64,000 nucleotides of DNA from an uncultured Chloroflexia bacterium (GTDB lineage Bacteria; Chloroflexota; Limnocylindria; Limnocylindrales; CSP1-4). Positions 19,501 to 28,269 of this stretch are shown here, piece after piece. Numbering within the stretch: position 1 is the stretch's first letter; every line of letters begins with the position of its first letter. The notes under the pieces were generated by a model, which worked only from the letters and a program-made list of their open reading frames with translations, ran no database searches and was not told where the DNA came from. The stretch lies in contig CAVQRP010000009.1 in the NCBI GenBank assembly GCA_963715295.1, positions 13,189 to 77,188 of the forward strand, written 5' to 3'. The position numbers were made by a program, and so were the translations under genes.

Positions 19501-20210
19501 CGGCTGAGGTCGACGTGCCGGAGGCGCCCTCGCGTGCCCGTATCGCCGCCCTGCGTCGCCGCTTCAACGACGTGGGCGCCAGCAACCCCTTCGCGGTGCA
19601 GGAGCTGGGAGAGGTCAGGCAGCGGCTCGAATCCCTGGAGGCACAGCGTGAGGATCTGGAGAAGGCCATCCGCGATACGCGGGAGATGATCGGGCGCCTG
19701 GGCAGCCTCATGACCGAGCAGTTCCGCCAGACGTTCGAGGCGCTCGAAGGGGCCTTCGGTCGCCGTTTCCACCAGCTCTTCGGCGGCGGCGAGGCCCAGC
19801 TCTCGCTGACCGATCCGGCCGACCTGTCCACCACTGGCGTCGAGATCACCGCTCGACCACCGGGCAAGAAGCGCCAGCCCCTGGCCATGCTCTCGGGTGG
19901 CGAGCGTGCACTTACCGCGGTGGCCCTGCTGATGGCCATGCTCGAGGTGCGGCCGGTCCCGTTCTGCGTCCTCGACGAGGTCGATGCCGCGCTCGACGAA
20001 GCCAACGTCGGGCGCTTCTCGTCGGCGCTCCGCTCACTGGCCAGGGATATCCAGTTCGTGGTCATCACCCACAACCGCGGCACCATCGAGGCCGCCGATG
20101 CGCTCTACGGGGTGACCGTCGGCGATGACGCGGTCAGCCGCGTCATCTCGCTGAAGCTGGCCGATCTGCCAGAGGATGATCCACGCCTGGTCGGGACGGC
20201 CAGCGCGTGA
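16569..20210 (+). CDS. smc: Chromosome segregation protein SMC
   Basis: GFKSF, GPNGSGKSN Walker A, long coiled coils around a hinge, LSGGE signature, LDEVDAALD; rnc-smc-ftsY synteny. Confidence 0.95.
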   Translation: MSLARLRELRMVGFKSFAERTVVEFGPGISAIVGPNGSGKSNLADALRWALGEQGRALRSRRAEDLIFAGSANRRAVGMADVSLVIDNEDRLLSVDFGEVELSRRLFRSGENEYLLNRQRIRLRDLVELLDDANIADNAFLFIGQGMVDQALALRPEERRPLFEEAAGIRKHQRRRKKAETELAEAESNLERVRDVLAELRPQARRLAAQAEQQEARMVAGAELAEALVAGARARLAAAETESRRHAESLAASRRDADAALAALREAEEKAAALTRALSERADAEQQLRERLDEARAAVQRIELARTRTASESAALVRERQRLAEERAAATARAEESRRRMAAVLPEPDRGAEDALEGAEQRLTQATRDAEELRQAGRADAERVASARATRQRLAADAERAARRAAEGERRLQTQEEQVAAAIERAAVTSERAEVAATTRARAHAAEEAAEQAAAAARVAANEADAEASTANEALSRLRAEQEGLSARREALDQQLDNGPDAAVLRSVRARGGRRFTDGLEVEPELRLAVEAALGEVLAGLVLDPDDARALADAAAVLVLRDGGDGRSRAGDRAAVRLEEGVSQVGGGALSGALRLDPDAHAARLLSRCAWVPALDDALTLRELLPPGWRLVTREGVVVDDLGVIRPAPGVSTLERRALREELLRRIEAAASELEAATAHAARAQQARSSADATVHAAREALDTARRERRVADEADRSAASAAENAARELAWQEALLERARTEVATAAAEAGQRNAELKDLDDSQVGESASPEARSALEALAARVAVLRRERDAAATVAGEARAARDRALEDRRRAEVGLGLAVARVEELDGEEVAFSGRDADLVAERERLATALASAQATQKRESALFEASVVSAREERNDLLAVESAAAGARERLRVAEGRSRQSEVAEMEARLQVDAAREGLLVELASIGDDGLQMLLAQSGQPEPDGAHSGDELPELLEAALDAALEAWREDSTAEVDVPEAPSRARIAALRRRFNDVGASNPFAVQELGEVRQRLESLEAQREDLEKAIRDTREMIGRLGSLMTEQFRQTFEALEGAFGRRFHQLFGGGEAQLSLTDPADLSTTGVEITARPPGKKRQPLAMLSGGERALTAVALLMAMLEVRPVPFCVLDEVDAALDEANVGRFSSALRSLARDIQFVVITHNRGTIEAADALYGVTVGDDAVSRVISLKLADLPEDDPRLVGTASA

Positions 20211-21130
20211 CGACCCAAGGCGGCGCCGCACCCGAGCGCATCCTGCTGCAGGATGCCCTGCAGCGGAGTCGAATGGGCTTCGCTGAACGCGTCAAGAGCT
20301 TGCTTGGCTCGGGCCACCTCGACGATGAGACCTGGGAGGAGGTCGAGGAGGCGCTCATCTCCGCTGACCTTGGTGCCGAGCTCGCCATCGAGGTCTGCGA
20401 CCGCGCTCGTGCGCGCACCGATGTCGGCCCCCAGAAGGCGCTGCAGCTTGAGCTCCTGAACCTGTTCGCGGAACGCAAGGCGGTGCCGTGGCCGCGCATC
20501 CCCGGACCCGGCATCCCCGCGGTCATCCTGGTGGTCGGCGTGAACGGCACGGGCAAGACGACGACCATCGCCAAGCTGGCCTACCGCTTCAAGTCGCTCG
20601 GCGCCAAGGTCCTGCTCGCCGCCGCCGACACCTTCCGGGCCGCCGCCATCGAGCAGATCAGCGACTGGGCCGAACGCATCGATGTCCCTGTCATCTCGCA
20701 CGCCGCTGGCGCCGATCCCAGTGCCGTCGTCTTCGACGCCATGGATGCAGCCAAGGCGCGGGGCATGGACGTGGTCATCATCGATACGGCCGGCCGGCTG
20801 CACACCAAGGCCAACCTCATGGACGAGCTGGCGAAGATCCGGCGCACCATCGGCAAGCGCATCCCCGAGGCCCAACCAGAGGTGCTCTTCGTGCTCGATG
20901 CCACCACCGGGCAGAACGGCCTGATGCAGGCCAAGGCCTTCAACGATTCGTCGGGCTTGACAGCCATCGCCCTGACCAAGCTCGATTCGACCGCCAAGGG
21001 CGGCGTCGCCTTCGCCATCGAGCGCGGCCTGGGCGTGCCCGTGCTGTTCGTGGGCCTGGGCGAGAAGATGACCGACCTGCGCGACTTCGATCCCAATGCG
21101 TTCGTGGCCGCCCTCTTCGCGCTCGAGTGA
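20207..21130 (+). CDS. ftsY: SRP receptor FtsY
   Basis: GVNGTGKTTT, DTFRAAA, DTAGR, TKLDSTAKGG. Confidence 0.97.
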   Translation: MTTQGGAAPERILLQDALQRSRMGFAERVKSLLGSGHLDDETWEEVEEALISADLGAELAIEVCDRARARTDVGPQKALQLELLNLFAERKAVPWPRIPGPGIPAVILVVGVNGTGKTTTIAKLAYRFKSLGAKVLLAAADTFRAAAIEQISDWAERIDVPVISHAAGADPSAVVFDAMDAAKARGMDVVIIDTAGRLHTKANLMDELAKIRRTIGKRIPEAQPEVLFVLDATTGQNGLMQAKAFNDSSGLTAIALTKLDSTAKGGVAFAIERGLGVPVLFVGLGEKMTDLRDFDPNAFVAALFALE

Positions 21131-21174
21131 GAGTCGTCGACCTGGCGCTGGCGCGGCTCAGGCTGGGTCACCGC

Positions 21175-21180
21175 TAGACT
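21175..21180 (+). promoter_or_regulatory. Putative -10 element (TAGACT), likely leaderless ffh transcript
   Basis: TAGACT 6 nt upstream of the ffh ATG (21187), no SD. Confidence 0.55.
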
Positions 21181-21186
21181 GATCGC

Positions 21187-22518
21187 ATGTTCGACGCTCT
21201 CTCCGATCGACTCCAGGCGGCCCTGTCCGGCCTCACCGGCCGCGGCCGCATCACCGAAGACGATGTCAACGTGGCCATGCGCGAGATCCGCCTTGCGCTG
21301 CTGGAGGCTGATGTCAACTACAAGGTCGTCAAGGACTTCGTCAAGCGCGTCAAGGAGCGTGCCATCGGTGCTGACATCGTCGAGAGCGTCAACGCTGGCC
21401 AGATGGTGGTCAAGATCGTGCACGAGGAGCTGACGGCCATCCTCGGGGCAGGGGAGCGTACGTTCCACTACGACGGCTCGCCGGCCGTCATCGCCATGGT
21501 CGGCCTGCAGGGTTCCGGCAAGACCACCTCCTCGGCCAAGCTGGCGCGATGGGTGGTGCGCCAGGGTCGGCAGCCACTCCTCGCCGCGGCCGACCCCTAT
21601 CGTCCGGCCGCCGTGGAGCAGCTCATCACCCTGGGCAAGAGCCTCGACATCCCGGTCTACTCCGCCGCGGCGGGGACTCGCGTGGTCGATATCGCGACTG
21701 GTGCCGTGGCCCAGGCAAGACAGACCGGTCGCGACGTGGTCATCCTCGACACCGCCGGCCGCCTGCAGGTCGACGACGCGCTCATGGCCGAGATCCGTGA
21801 GGTCCACGAGGCGGTTCAGCCCAAAGAGACGCTGCTGGTGGTCGATGCGATGGTCGGCCAGGAGGCGGTGACGGTGGCCGAGGCCTTCCATGCGAACGCG
21901 CCGGTGACCGGCCTGGTCCTCACCAAGATCGACGGCGATGCCCGCGGCGGCGCGGCCCTCTCCATCTCGGCGGTCAGCGGACTGGCCGTCAAGTTCATGG
22001 GCACCGGCGAGAAGACCGACGCCCTGGAGGTGTTCCATCCCGATCGCCTGGCCGGGCGCATCCTGGGCATGGGCGACGTGGTCAGCCTCGTCGAGCGGGC
22101 GCAGGAGACCTACGACGCCAAGGAAGCCGAGAAGCTGGCCCAGAAGCTCCAGAAGAACGCCTTCACCCTCGATGACTTCCTGGAGCAGATGCAGCAGGTC
22201 AAGAAGATGGGTCCGCTGGGCTCGATCATCGACATGATCCCCGGCCTCGGCGGCGCCGCCAAGCAGGCGCAACAGGCCATCGACCGCGGTGAGCTCGCAC
22301 GTGTGGAGGCCATCATCCGCTCCATGACGCGCGCCGAACGCAACGACCCCGGCATCCTCAACGCATCCCGACGCCGCCGCATCGCGCGCGGCTCAGGCAC
22401 CAGCCTGCCCGAGGTCAATCGCCTGGTCAAGCAGTTCGGCGAGATGCAGCGTGTGATGAAGATGATGCGTGGCAGAGGGGGCAAGCTCCCGGGCATGCCG
22501 ATGGGACCCCTGTCCTAG
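21187..22518 (+). CDS. ffh: Signal recognition particle protein Ffh
   Basis: GLQGSGKTT, DTAGR, DGDARGG, RILGMGD, M-domain SRRRRIARGSG. Confidence 0.97.
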   Translation: MFDALSDRLQAALSGLTGRGRITEDDVNVAMREIRLALLEADVNYKVVKDFVKRVKERAIGADIVESVNAGQMVVKIVHEELTAILGAGERTFHYDGSPAVIAMVGLQGSGKTTSSAKLARWVVRQGRQPLLAAADPYRPAAVEQLITLGKSLDIPVYSAAAGTRVVDIATGAVAQARQTGRDVVILDTAGRLQVDDALMAEIREVHEAVQPKETLLVVDAMVGQEAVTVAEAFHANAPVTGLVLTKIDGDARGGAALSISAVSGLAVKFMGTGEKTDALEVFHPDRLAGRILGMGDVVSLVERAQETYDAKEAEKLAQKLQKNAFTLDDFLEQMQQVKKMGPLGSIIDMIPGLGGAAKQAQQAIDRGELARVEAIIRSMTRAERNDPGILNASRRRRIARGSGTSLPEVNRLVKQFGEMQRVMKMMRGRGGKLPGMPMGPLS

Positions 22519-22598
22519 GTTGACCCGACGCCATCGGTGAGACAATGGCGCTGCTGAGATCGTCCAACCGTTCCCCAACTCACGACTCGGAGGTTTCC

Positions 22599-24341
22599 AT
22601 GTCAGCTCCTGCAGCGGCTCCCACACAGGGTCGTCGTGGCCTGTGGCGCTGGGCCATCGCTCTTGTCGCCACCGCCGCGCTCACCATCTCCGGCTCGGGC
22701 CTGGTCGTCTTTGCACAGAACGGAGCGGGCGAGTCACAGGGACCCGTCTTCGTCCCGGCGGAGACGCCCATCTACCTCGAGGCCCGGCTGGACATGCCTG
22801 ACGGGCAGGATGAGGCTCTGGCGCAGATGCTGACCGCCCTCCCCGGGTTCGCCGACGCAGGCGCCTTCGACATGAAGCTGGACGAGGTCATCGCAGGGCT
22901 GGCCGGCGAGATGGGTCTCGCGACCGCTGAGGTGGACCTCATCGGCGATGTCCTGACCGGCGAGGTCGGCCTGGCAGTGGGCGACCTTGCAGCCGCCATG
23001 TCGGGCGGGAGCGACCCCGCCGTGCTCATCGGGCTGGCCGTGGCCGACGCCGAGCTGGCCACTGCCATGCTCTCCGACATGGCCGGTGACGTGAGCCAGG
23101 AGATGTACGGTGACACCACCATCCTCACCGACATGACTACGAGTGGCGCCGTCCATGCCGACTGGATGCTCCTGTCCAACGACATCGCGCAGGTACAGGC
23201 GGCGATCGACGTGCTCGACGGCGGCGCCCCGAGCCTGGCCGATGACGCAGGCTTCTCGACCGCGTTCGCGCGCGTGCCCAGCGGGCACCTGGGAGCCGCC
23301 TACGTCGACCTGCAGTCCTTCGGTTCCGTCATCGACATGGCGGGCATGATGGCCACCGGCCAGACCGGCATGGACCTGCCCCTGGCTGATCTGGCGGCGA
23401 TGTTGCCCGCGGACATGGTCATGTTCCTGGCCGCCGAATCCGACCGCATGAACCTCGAGGTGCTGGTCACCCCGGGCGAGGCGACCCCGGGCCTCCCGGT
23501 CGGAGACTCGGACCTGGCCAACGTCTTCCCAGCCGATACCCAGCTCTATCTCGAGACGCGTGAGCTGGGCAACGGTGTCGAGACGGCGCTCAACGGCATC
23601 GTCGAGCTGCTGGTGGCACAGGCCGAGGCGATGCCTGCCGGCGATGGCATGGGTGACTTGGGCGGCCTCGGCGACATGTCTGACATCGAGGCGCTCATCG
23701 GTGAGGACAGTCCTATCACCGACCTGCTGGGCGTGCCCCTGCCGGAGTTCCTCGGCTTCGTCGAGGACGCCGCCCTCGGTGCCGGCCTGAGCTCGGACGG
23801 GCTATGGCTCGGCATCGCCGGCGAGGTTTCCGACGAGGCCATCGCCGAGGATCGTGTGGGCACGCTGCTGAGCCTCCTGCGGCTGTTCGCAGGCAATCCT
23901 GCCGAGAGCGGCATCAGCGTCGAGACCGAGACGGTCGGCGACGTCGAGGTCAGCCGCATCACGCTTCCGCTCGATGAGCTGCTGGCGGAGTCAGGCCTGC
24001 CCATCACGCTGGGGAATACCATCAGCGTGGCCGTCAGCGACGGCAACCTCCTCGTCGGCCTGGGTGACTTCGTGCAGTCGGCGCTAAGCGGCGATGGCAC
24101 CGACTCGCTCGGCACCAGCGCCGGCTATACGGACGCGGTCGGCGGGGACACCGTCAACGCCGGCCTTATGTACATGAACATCAGCTCGCTGCTGGAGGCG
24201 CTCGATCCGTTGCTGTCGATGATGATGCCCGAGTGGTCCGATATCGCCCCCTACGCCACGGGGGTCGATCGCATCGTCCTCGTCGGCACCGGTGACGACG
24301 GGGTGGCCCACACGCGCCTGACCGCGATCGTCAACCAGTAA
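22599..24341 (+). CDS. Secreted or membrane-anchored acidic protein, DUF3352-like
   Basis: GGAGG RBS then ATG 22599; basic N-terminus plus hydrophobic segment (RWAIALVATAALTISGSGLVVFA); two internally similar halves (FVPAETPIYLEAR / VFPADTQLYLETR). Family assignment is by resemblance only. Confidence 0.6.
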   Translation: MSAPAAAPTQGRRGLWRWAIALVATAALTISGSGLVVFAQNGAGESQGPVFVPAETPIYLEARLDMPDGQDEALAQMLTALPGFADAGAFDMKLDEVIAGLAGEMGLATAEVDLIGDVLTGEVGLAVGDLAAAMSGGSDPAVLIGLAVADAELATAMLSDMAGDVSQEMYGDTTILTDMTTSGAVHADWMLLSNDIAQVQAAIDVLDGGAPSLADDAGFSTAFARVPSGHLGAAYVDLQSFGSVIDMAGMMATGQTGMDLPLADLAAMLPADMVMFLAAESDRMNLEVLVTPGEATPGLPVGDSDLANVFPADTQLYLETRELGNGVETALNGIVELLVAQAEAMPAGDGMGDLGGLGDMSDIEALIGEDSPITDLLGVPLPEFLGFVEDAALGAGLSSDGLWLGIAGEVSDEAIAEDRVGTLLSLLRLFAGNPAESGISVETETVGDVEVSRITLPLDELLAESGLPITLGNTISVAVSDGNLLVGLGDFVQSALSGDGTDSLGTSAGYTDAVGGDTVNAGLMYMNISSLLEALDPLLSMMMPEWSDIAPYATGVDRIVLVGTGDDGVAHTRLTAIVNQ

Positions 24342-24456
24342 TCCGCCGACGCGGTACCATTCGCCGGGCATCGCGATGCGATGCCCGGCGTTCACATGCC
24401 CGCGCCACGCCCCGTTGGCGGCAACGCCTACGCCCCACAGGAGGTCTCCGAAACCG

Positions 24457-24711
24457 TTGGCAGTCCGAATCCGCCTCACCCGAGTCGGCGCGACCAAGCA
24501 GCCAAGCTATCGCTTCGTCGTCGCTGACAGCCGCAACGCCCGCGATGGTCGCTCCATCGAGACGCTCGGCCACTACAACCCGCGCAGCGAGCCCGTCGAG
24601 ATCAATGTCGACGCCGAGAAGGCCGTCAAGTGGATGGAGCAGGGTGCCAAGCCTTCCGCCACCGTCGAGCGCCTCTTCCGCCGGGTCGGCATCCTTCCCG
24701 ACGCCAAGTAA
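24457..24711 (+). CDS. rpsP: 30S ribosomal protein S16
   Basis: (M)AVRIRLTRVG…PSYRFVVADSRNARDGRSIETLGHYNP; TTG start after AGGAGG. Confidence 0.96.
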   Translation: MAVRIRLTRVGATKQPSYRFVVADSRNARDGRSIETLGHYNPRSEPVEINVDAEKAVKWMEQGAKPSATVERLFRRVGILPDAK

Positions 24712-24713
24712 CG

Positions 24714-24947
24714 ATGGCTGCAGTCGAACTGGTCACCTTCGTGGCCAAGTCCCTTGTCGATGATCCCGACGCCGTAAGCGTCGAGGTGCACGAAGAAGAT
24801 GGCGGTCAGGTCATCGAGCTCAGTGTCGCCGAGGACGACATGGGCAAGGTCATCGGCCGCAACGGCTCCGTGGCCAAGGCCTTGCGCACGCTGTTGAAGG
24901 TCGTGGCCACGCGCGAGGGCGAGCCCATCTCGCTGGAGATCGTCTAG
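24714..24947 (+). CDS. khpA: KH-domain RNA-binding protein KhpA
   Basis: LVDDPDAV, DMGKVIGRNG KH motif; rpsP-khpA-rimM order. Confidence 0.93.
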   Translation: MAAVELVTFVAKSLVDDPDAVSVEVHEEDGGQVIELSVAEDDMGKVIGRNGSVAKALRTLLKVVATREGEPISLEIV

Positions 24948-24953
24948 CCCAGC

Positions 24954-25637
24954 GTGGCGATGCCCTCCGGCGAGCGTGTCACCGTCGGACTCGTGCGTGG
25001 ACTCCACGGGCTGCGGGGCGCTGTCCGTGTCGAAGTCCTGAGTGATGACCCCGAACGGTTCGCTGTCGGCTCCACGCTCTTCGTCGAGGGTGACGAGCGG
25101 CCCCTGACGATCGATTGGACGGGACCGGCCAAGCCGGGTCTGCTGGTGAGCTTCGCCGAGCTGCGCAGCCGCGAGGCGGCCGAGCTGCTCCGCGAGCACT
25201 ACCTCGAGGCGCCCCCAGGAGCGCCGCTGCCAGAGGGTACGTACTACTGGCATCAGGTCCGTGACCTGGAGGTCACCACCACCGAGGGTGAGTCGCTGGG
25301 CCGGGTCGTCGACGTCTTCCGGGCGGGTGCGGGGGAGGTCTACATCGTGCAGGGCGGTGCGCGGGGTGAGGTCATGCTCCCGGCGGTCAGGGATGTCATC
25401 GTCGAGCTTGATCCTGCCAGCGGGCGACTGGTGGTCGATCCCGTCGCACTCGATCTGCCCCAGAAGCCACCACGTCGGCGCCGGCGTCACGAGCTCAGCC
25501 GTGAGCAACGCAAAGCGGCTCGCAAGGGCGCCAGGCCTGCCCGGCGGCAGACCCGCTCCGACACGGCCGCCGGCACCGAAGCGCCCGCCACCGACTCGCC
25601 AGCGCCACCGGCCGCCGCCCCCGACGAGCCCGCCTGA
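24954..25637 (+). CDS. rimM: Ribosome maturation factor RimM
   Basis: HGLRGAVRV, LPEGTYYWHQV, PRC barrel; carries an extra basic then acidic C-terminal tail. Confidence 0.93.
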   Translation: MAMPSGERVTVGLVRGLHGLRGAVRVEVLSDDPERFAVGSTLFVEGDERPLTIDWTGPAKPGLLVSFAELRSREAAELLREHYLEAPPGAPLPEGTYYWHQVRDLEVTTTEGESLGRVVDVFRAGAGEVYIVQGGARGEVMLPAVRDVIVELDPASGRLVVDPVALDLPQKPPRRRRRHELSREQRKAARKGARPARRQTRSDTAAGTEAPATDSPAPPAAAPDEPA

Positions 25638-26323
25638 TGCGCATCGATGTCATCACGCTGTTCCCCGCGATCTTCCCCGGGCCGCTCGCCGAATCGATCC
25701 CCGGTCGTGCGCTCGGGCAAGGCCTCGCCGAGCTGCACGCGCACGACCTGCGCCAGTGGGGCCTGGGCCGGCACCATTCCGTGGATGACTACTCCTACGG
25801 TGGTGGTGCCGGCATGATCCTGCGCCCCGAGCCGGTGGCCGCGGCGCTGGAGGCAGTGACGGCGGACGCAGGGGCCTTCCGTATCCTGCTCGATCCCGGC
25901 GGAGAGCCCTTCCGGCAGGCGCGTGCCCAGGACCTCGCAGCACGGTCGCACCTGGTCTTCGTCTGTCCCCGATATGAGGGCATCGACGATCGCGTACGAG
26001 GGTTGGTGGACCTGGAGCTGTCCATCGGGGACTTCGTGCTATCGGGCGGGGAGATCGCCGCACTGGCGGTCATCGATGCGGTCCTGCGCCTCTTGCCTGG
26101 GGCCATCGACGAAGCGTCCACCGAGGAAGAGTCGTTCTCGCACGGCCTGCTGGAGTACCCCCAATGGACCCGGCCATCTTCGTTCCGGGGTGAGGCGGTG
26201 CCGGAAGTCCTGGTCAGCGGCGATCATGGCGCGGTGGCGAGCTGGCGGCACCAGCAGGCACTCGAACGAACCCGTCGCAACCGGCCCGACCTGCTACCAG
26301 CGCTCGACGACGACAACGCCTGA
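25637..26323 (+). CDS. trmD: tRNA (guanine37-N1)-methyltransferase
   Basis: VDDYSYGGGAGM, RYEGIDDRV, SIGDFVLSGGE, LLEYPQWTRP. Confidence 0.97.
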   Translation: MRIDVITLFPAIFPGPLAESIPGRALGQGLAELHAHDLRQWGLGRHHSVDDYSYGGGAGMILRPEPVAAALEAVTADAGAFRILLDPGGEPFRQARAQDLAARSHLVFVCPRYEGIDDRVRGLVDLELSIGDFVLSGGEIAALAVIDAVLRLLPGAIDEASTEEESFSHGLLEYPQWTRPSSFRGEAVPEVLVSGDHGAVASWRHQQALERTRRNRPDLLPALDDDNA

Positions 26324-26449
26324 GGCGCAGGCCCGGATGGCAGTCCACCGGGCCTGCTATACTCCGCCATCGACCCAGTCAGGAAGCCCCTGCCCACGTA
26401 TGCCCGCCGCGGTCAGCGGCCGAGGCTCCACCACCAGGAAGTGACGCCA

Positions 26450-26794
26450 GTGTCCGTTCTCGACGAGATCGTCGCCGACCAGATCCGAACCGACCTGCCA
26501 GACATCGCGCCGGGCGATACCGTGCGCGTGTCGGTCAAGGTCGTGGAGGGCACCCGTGAGCGCATCCAGGTCTTCGAGGGCACGGTCATGCGCATGCGCG
26601 GTGGCGGCATCACCCGCTCCATCACCGTCCGGGCCTTGCGTAGTGGCGTTGGCGTGGAGCGCACCTTCAAGGTCAATTCGCCGCGCATCGAGAAGATCCA
26701 GGTCGTGCGCCACGGTGTCGTCCGCCGCAAGCAGCTGTACTTCCTGCGCAAGCGTGTGGGCAAGGCCGCCACGCTACGCGAGCGCCGCGTCTAG
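26450..26794 (+). CDS. rplS: 50S ribosomal protein L19
   Basis: PGDTVRV, ERIQVFEG, GVGVERTF, VRRKQLYFLR. Start GTG 26450 fits AGGAA spacing; GTG 26441 is also possible. TATACT at 26358-26363. Confidence 0.96.
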   Translation: MSVLDEIVADQIRTDLPDIAPGDTVRVSVKVVEGTRERIQVFEGTVMRMRGGGITRSITVRALRSGVGVERTFKVNSPRIEKIQVVRHGVVRRKQLYFLRKRVGKAATLRERRV

Positions 26795-26877
26795 ACTCGT
26801 CCTGGCGGTCTCGTGACCGCCGGCTCCGTCGTTCCTGTTCGCTCGCCGCACGCCCAGCGCACGCTAGCCCTGAGTTC

Positions 26878-27591
26878 GTGGTGTCCCGCCCGCCCCATCT
26901 GAAGGCAGAGTTCGCGCTCTGGCGTTCCGGTGCGCGCAGGGTCGTGGGCGTGGACGAGGTCGGGACCGGCGCGCTGTGCGCGGCCGTGGTGGCGGCGGCG
27001 GTGCTGGTCAAGCCCAACACGCGCAAGATCAGGGGCGTCCGCGACTCCAAGACGCTCAGTCCAGGCCAACGCGAGCGCCTCGTGGACGAGATCAAACGGA
27101 GAAGCCTGGCGTGGGGCATCGGCGCGGCGTCCGTCCACGAGATCGAAGAGCTGAACGTGCGCAACGCCGCCCATCTGGCCATGCGTCGGGCGTTGGGTCG
27201 GCTGCCCGCCTACGACCACGTCCTCATCGACGGTCAGAGGATCAGCGGCATGGAGCAGCTCATCGGGCCCTACACGCCCATCGTCAAGGGTGATGCCTCC
27301 TCCTACGCCATCGCTTGCGCTTCGGTCATCGCCAAGGTGACGCGCGACCGCCTGCTGGCGCGGCTCGCTCGGCGCTACCCCGGCTACGGCTGGGAGCACA
27401 ACGCCGGGTATGCCACGCGCGACCACGTGGCCGGCTTGCGGGAGCTTGGCCTCAGTCCCCATCACCGTCGGACCTACGAGCGCATCCGCGCCATCCTGGA
27501 GGGCGACCAACTGGCCCTCGGGCTGTCCGGCGATGAAGCCGACGCGGGATCCGTCGATGACGAAGCAGGGACGCTCGAACTGCCCATCTAA
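26878..27591 (+). CDS. rnhB: Ribonuclease HII
   Basis: GVDEVG, DSKTL, VLIDG, KGDA, IACASVIAKVTRD, HHRRTY. Confidence 0.93.
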   Translation: MVSRPPHLKAEFALWRSGARRVVGVDEVGTGALCAAVVAAAVLVKPNTRKIRGVRDSKTLSPGQRERLVDEIKRRSLAWGIGAASVHEIEELNVRNAAHLAMRRALGRLPAYDHVLIDGQRISGMEQLIGPYTPIVKGDASSYAIACASVIAKVTRDRLLARLARRYPGYGWEHNAGYATRDHVAGLRELGLSPHHRRTYERIRAILEGDQLALGLSGDEADAGSVDDEAGTLELPI

Positions 27592-27625
27592 GCGGCCGTG
27601 AAGCGCGCCCTGCCAGCATGCACAC

Positions 27626-28042
27626 ATGGCCACTGCATCGCGACCACCAAGCGGCCCACGTGGAGTGATCGGGGCGGCCGCGGAGAGCGCCGCCGCCGCA
27701 CACCTTCAGCGCCTCGGCTGGACCGTGCTGGCCCGCAACGTGCGCGTCGGCCCTGACGAGATCGACATCGTGGCGCGCGATGCGGGCGTACCGCCGACGG
27801 TGGTCGTGGTGGAGGTTCGATCGCGCGCGGGGAGCGGGTTCGGCTCGGCGGTGGAATCGGTGGACCGGCGCAAGGTGGCCCGGCTCTATCGGGCGTTGGC
27901 CGCGCTGCAACACGAGGCCCATCCCGCGCTGCCGGCGTCGCTGCGCTTCGCAACCTCATGGCGTGTGGACCTGCTGGCTATGCGCCACAGCGGCGATGGT
28001 TGGGCCGTGGAACTCCACCTGCGGGCGCTGGCGCCGTCGTGA
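27626..28042 (+). CDS. YraN (UPF0102) family endonuclease-like protein
   Basis: GAAAESAAAAHL, ARNVR, EIDIVA, VEVRSR, RVDLL; typical position after rnhB. Confidence 0.88.
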   Translation: MATASRPPSGPRGVIGAAAESAAAAHLQRLGWTVLARNVRVGPDEIDIVARDAGVPPTVVVVEVRSRAGSGFGSAVESVDRRKVARLYRALAALQHEAHPALPASLRFATSWRVDLLAMRHSGDGWAVELHLRALAPS

Positions 28043-28101
28043 GGACGGGTATCGCGAACGCGCTCGCGGGAACTGCGCGTGGGCGCCCGGTGCCGGCTCC
28101 G

Positions 28102-28110
28102 TGATAGACT
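28102..28110 (+). promoter_or_regulatory. Putative extended -10 (TGaTAGACT) of the rpsB-tsf operon
   Basis: TGATAGACT about 160 nt upstream of the rpsB ATG. Confidence 0.5.
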
Positions 28111-28157
28111 CCCGCGGGTCCCCGACCACGGGGGCTTGAGCGTAGCGAACGCTGCGT

Positions 28158-28260
28158 ATCACACACGCGTTACCGCTCCCCGCAGGGGTGCCGCGCGACC
28201 CGACGACGGTCGCCGGTCTGCGGATCACGAGGTGCGCGGAGGAACAACCGCACAGGAGGT
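28158..28260 (+). ncRNA. rpsB 5' leader (S2 autoregulatory, t44-like RNA element)
   Basis: Contains the conserved rpsB-leader blocks CACACACGCG (28160), GGGGTGC (28185) and GCGCGGAGG (28234), directly upstream of rpsB. Confidence 0.65.
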
Positions 28261-28269
28261 CCACGCCCC

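Noticed and set aside
17195-19700. Ala/Arg-rich periodic sequence as a repeat element or novel giant protein
   Set aside because: It is the coiled-coil arms of SMC.
26364-26440. L19 leader RNA
   Set aside because: Only a short GCCGC/GCGGC hairpin is visible, which is not enough to call without a covariance-model search.
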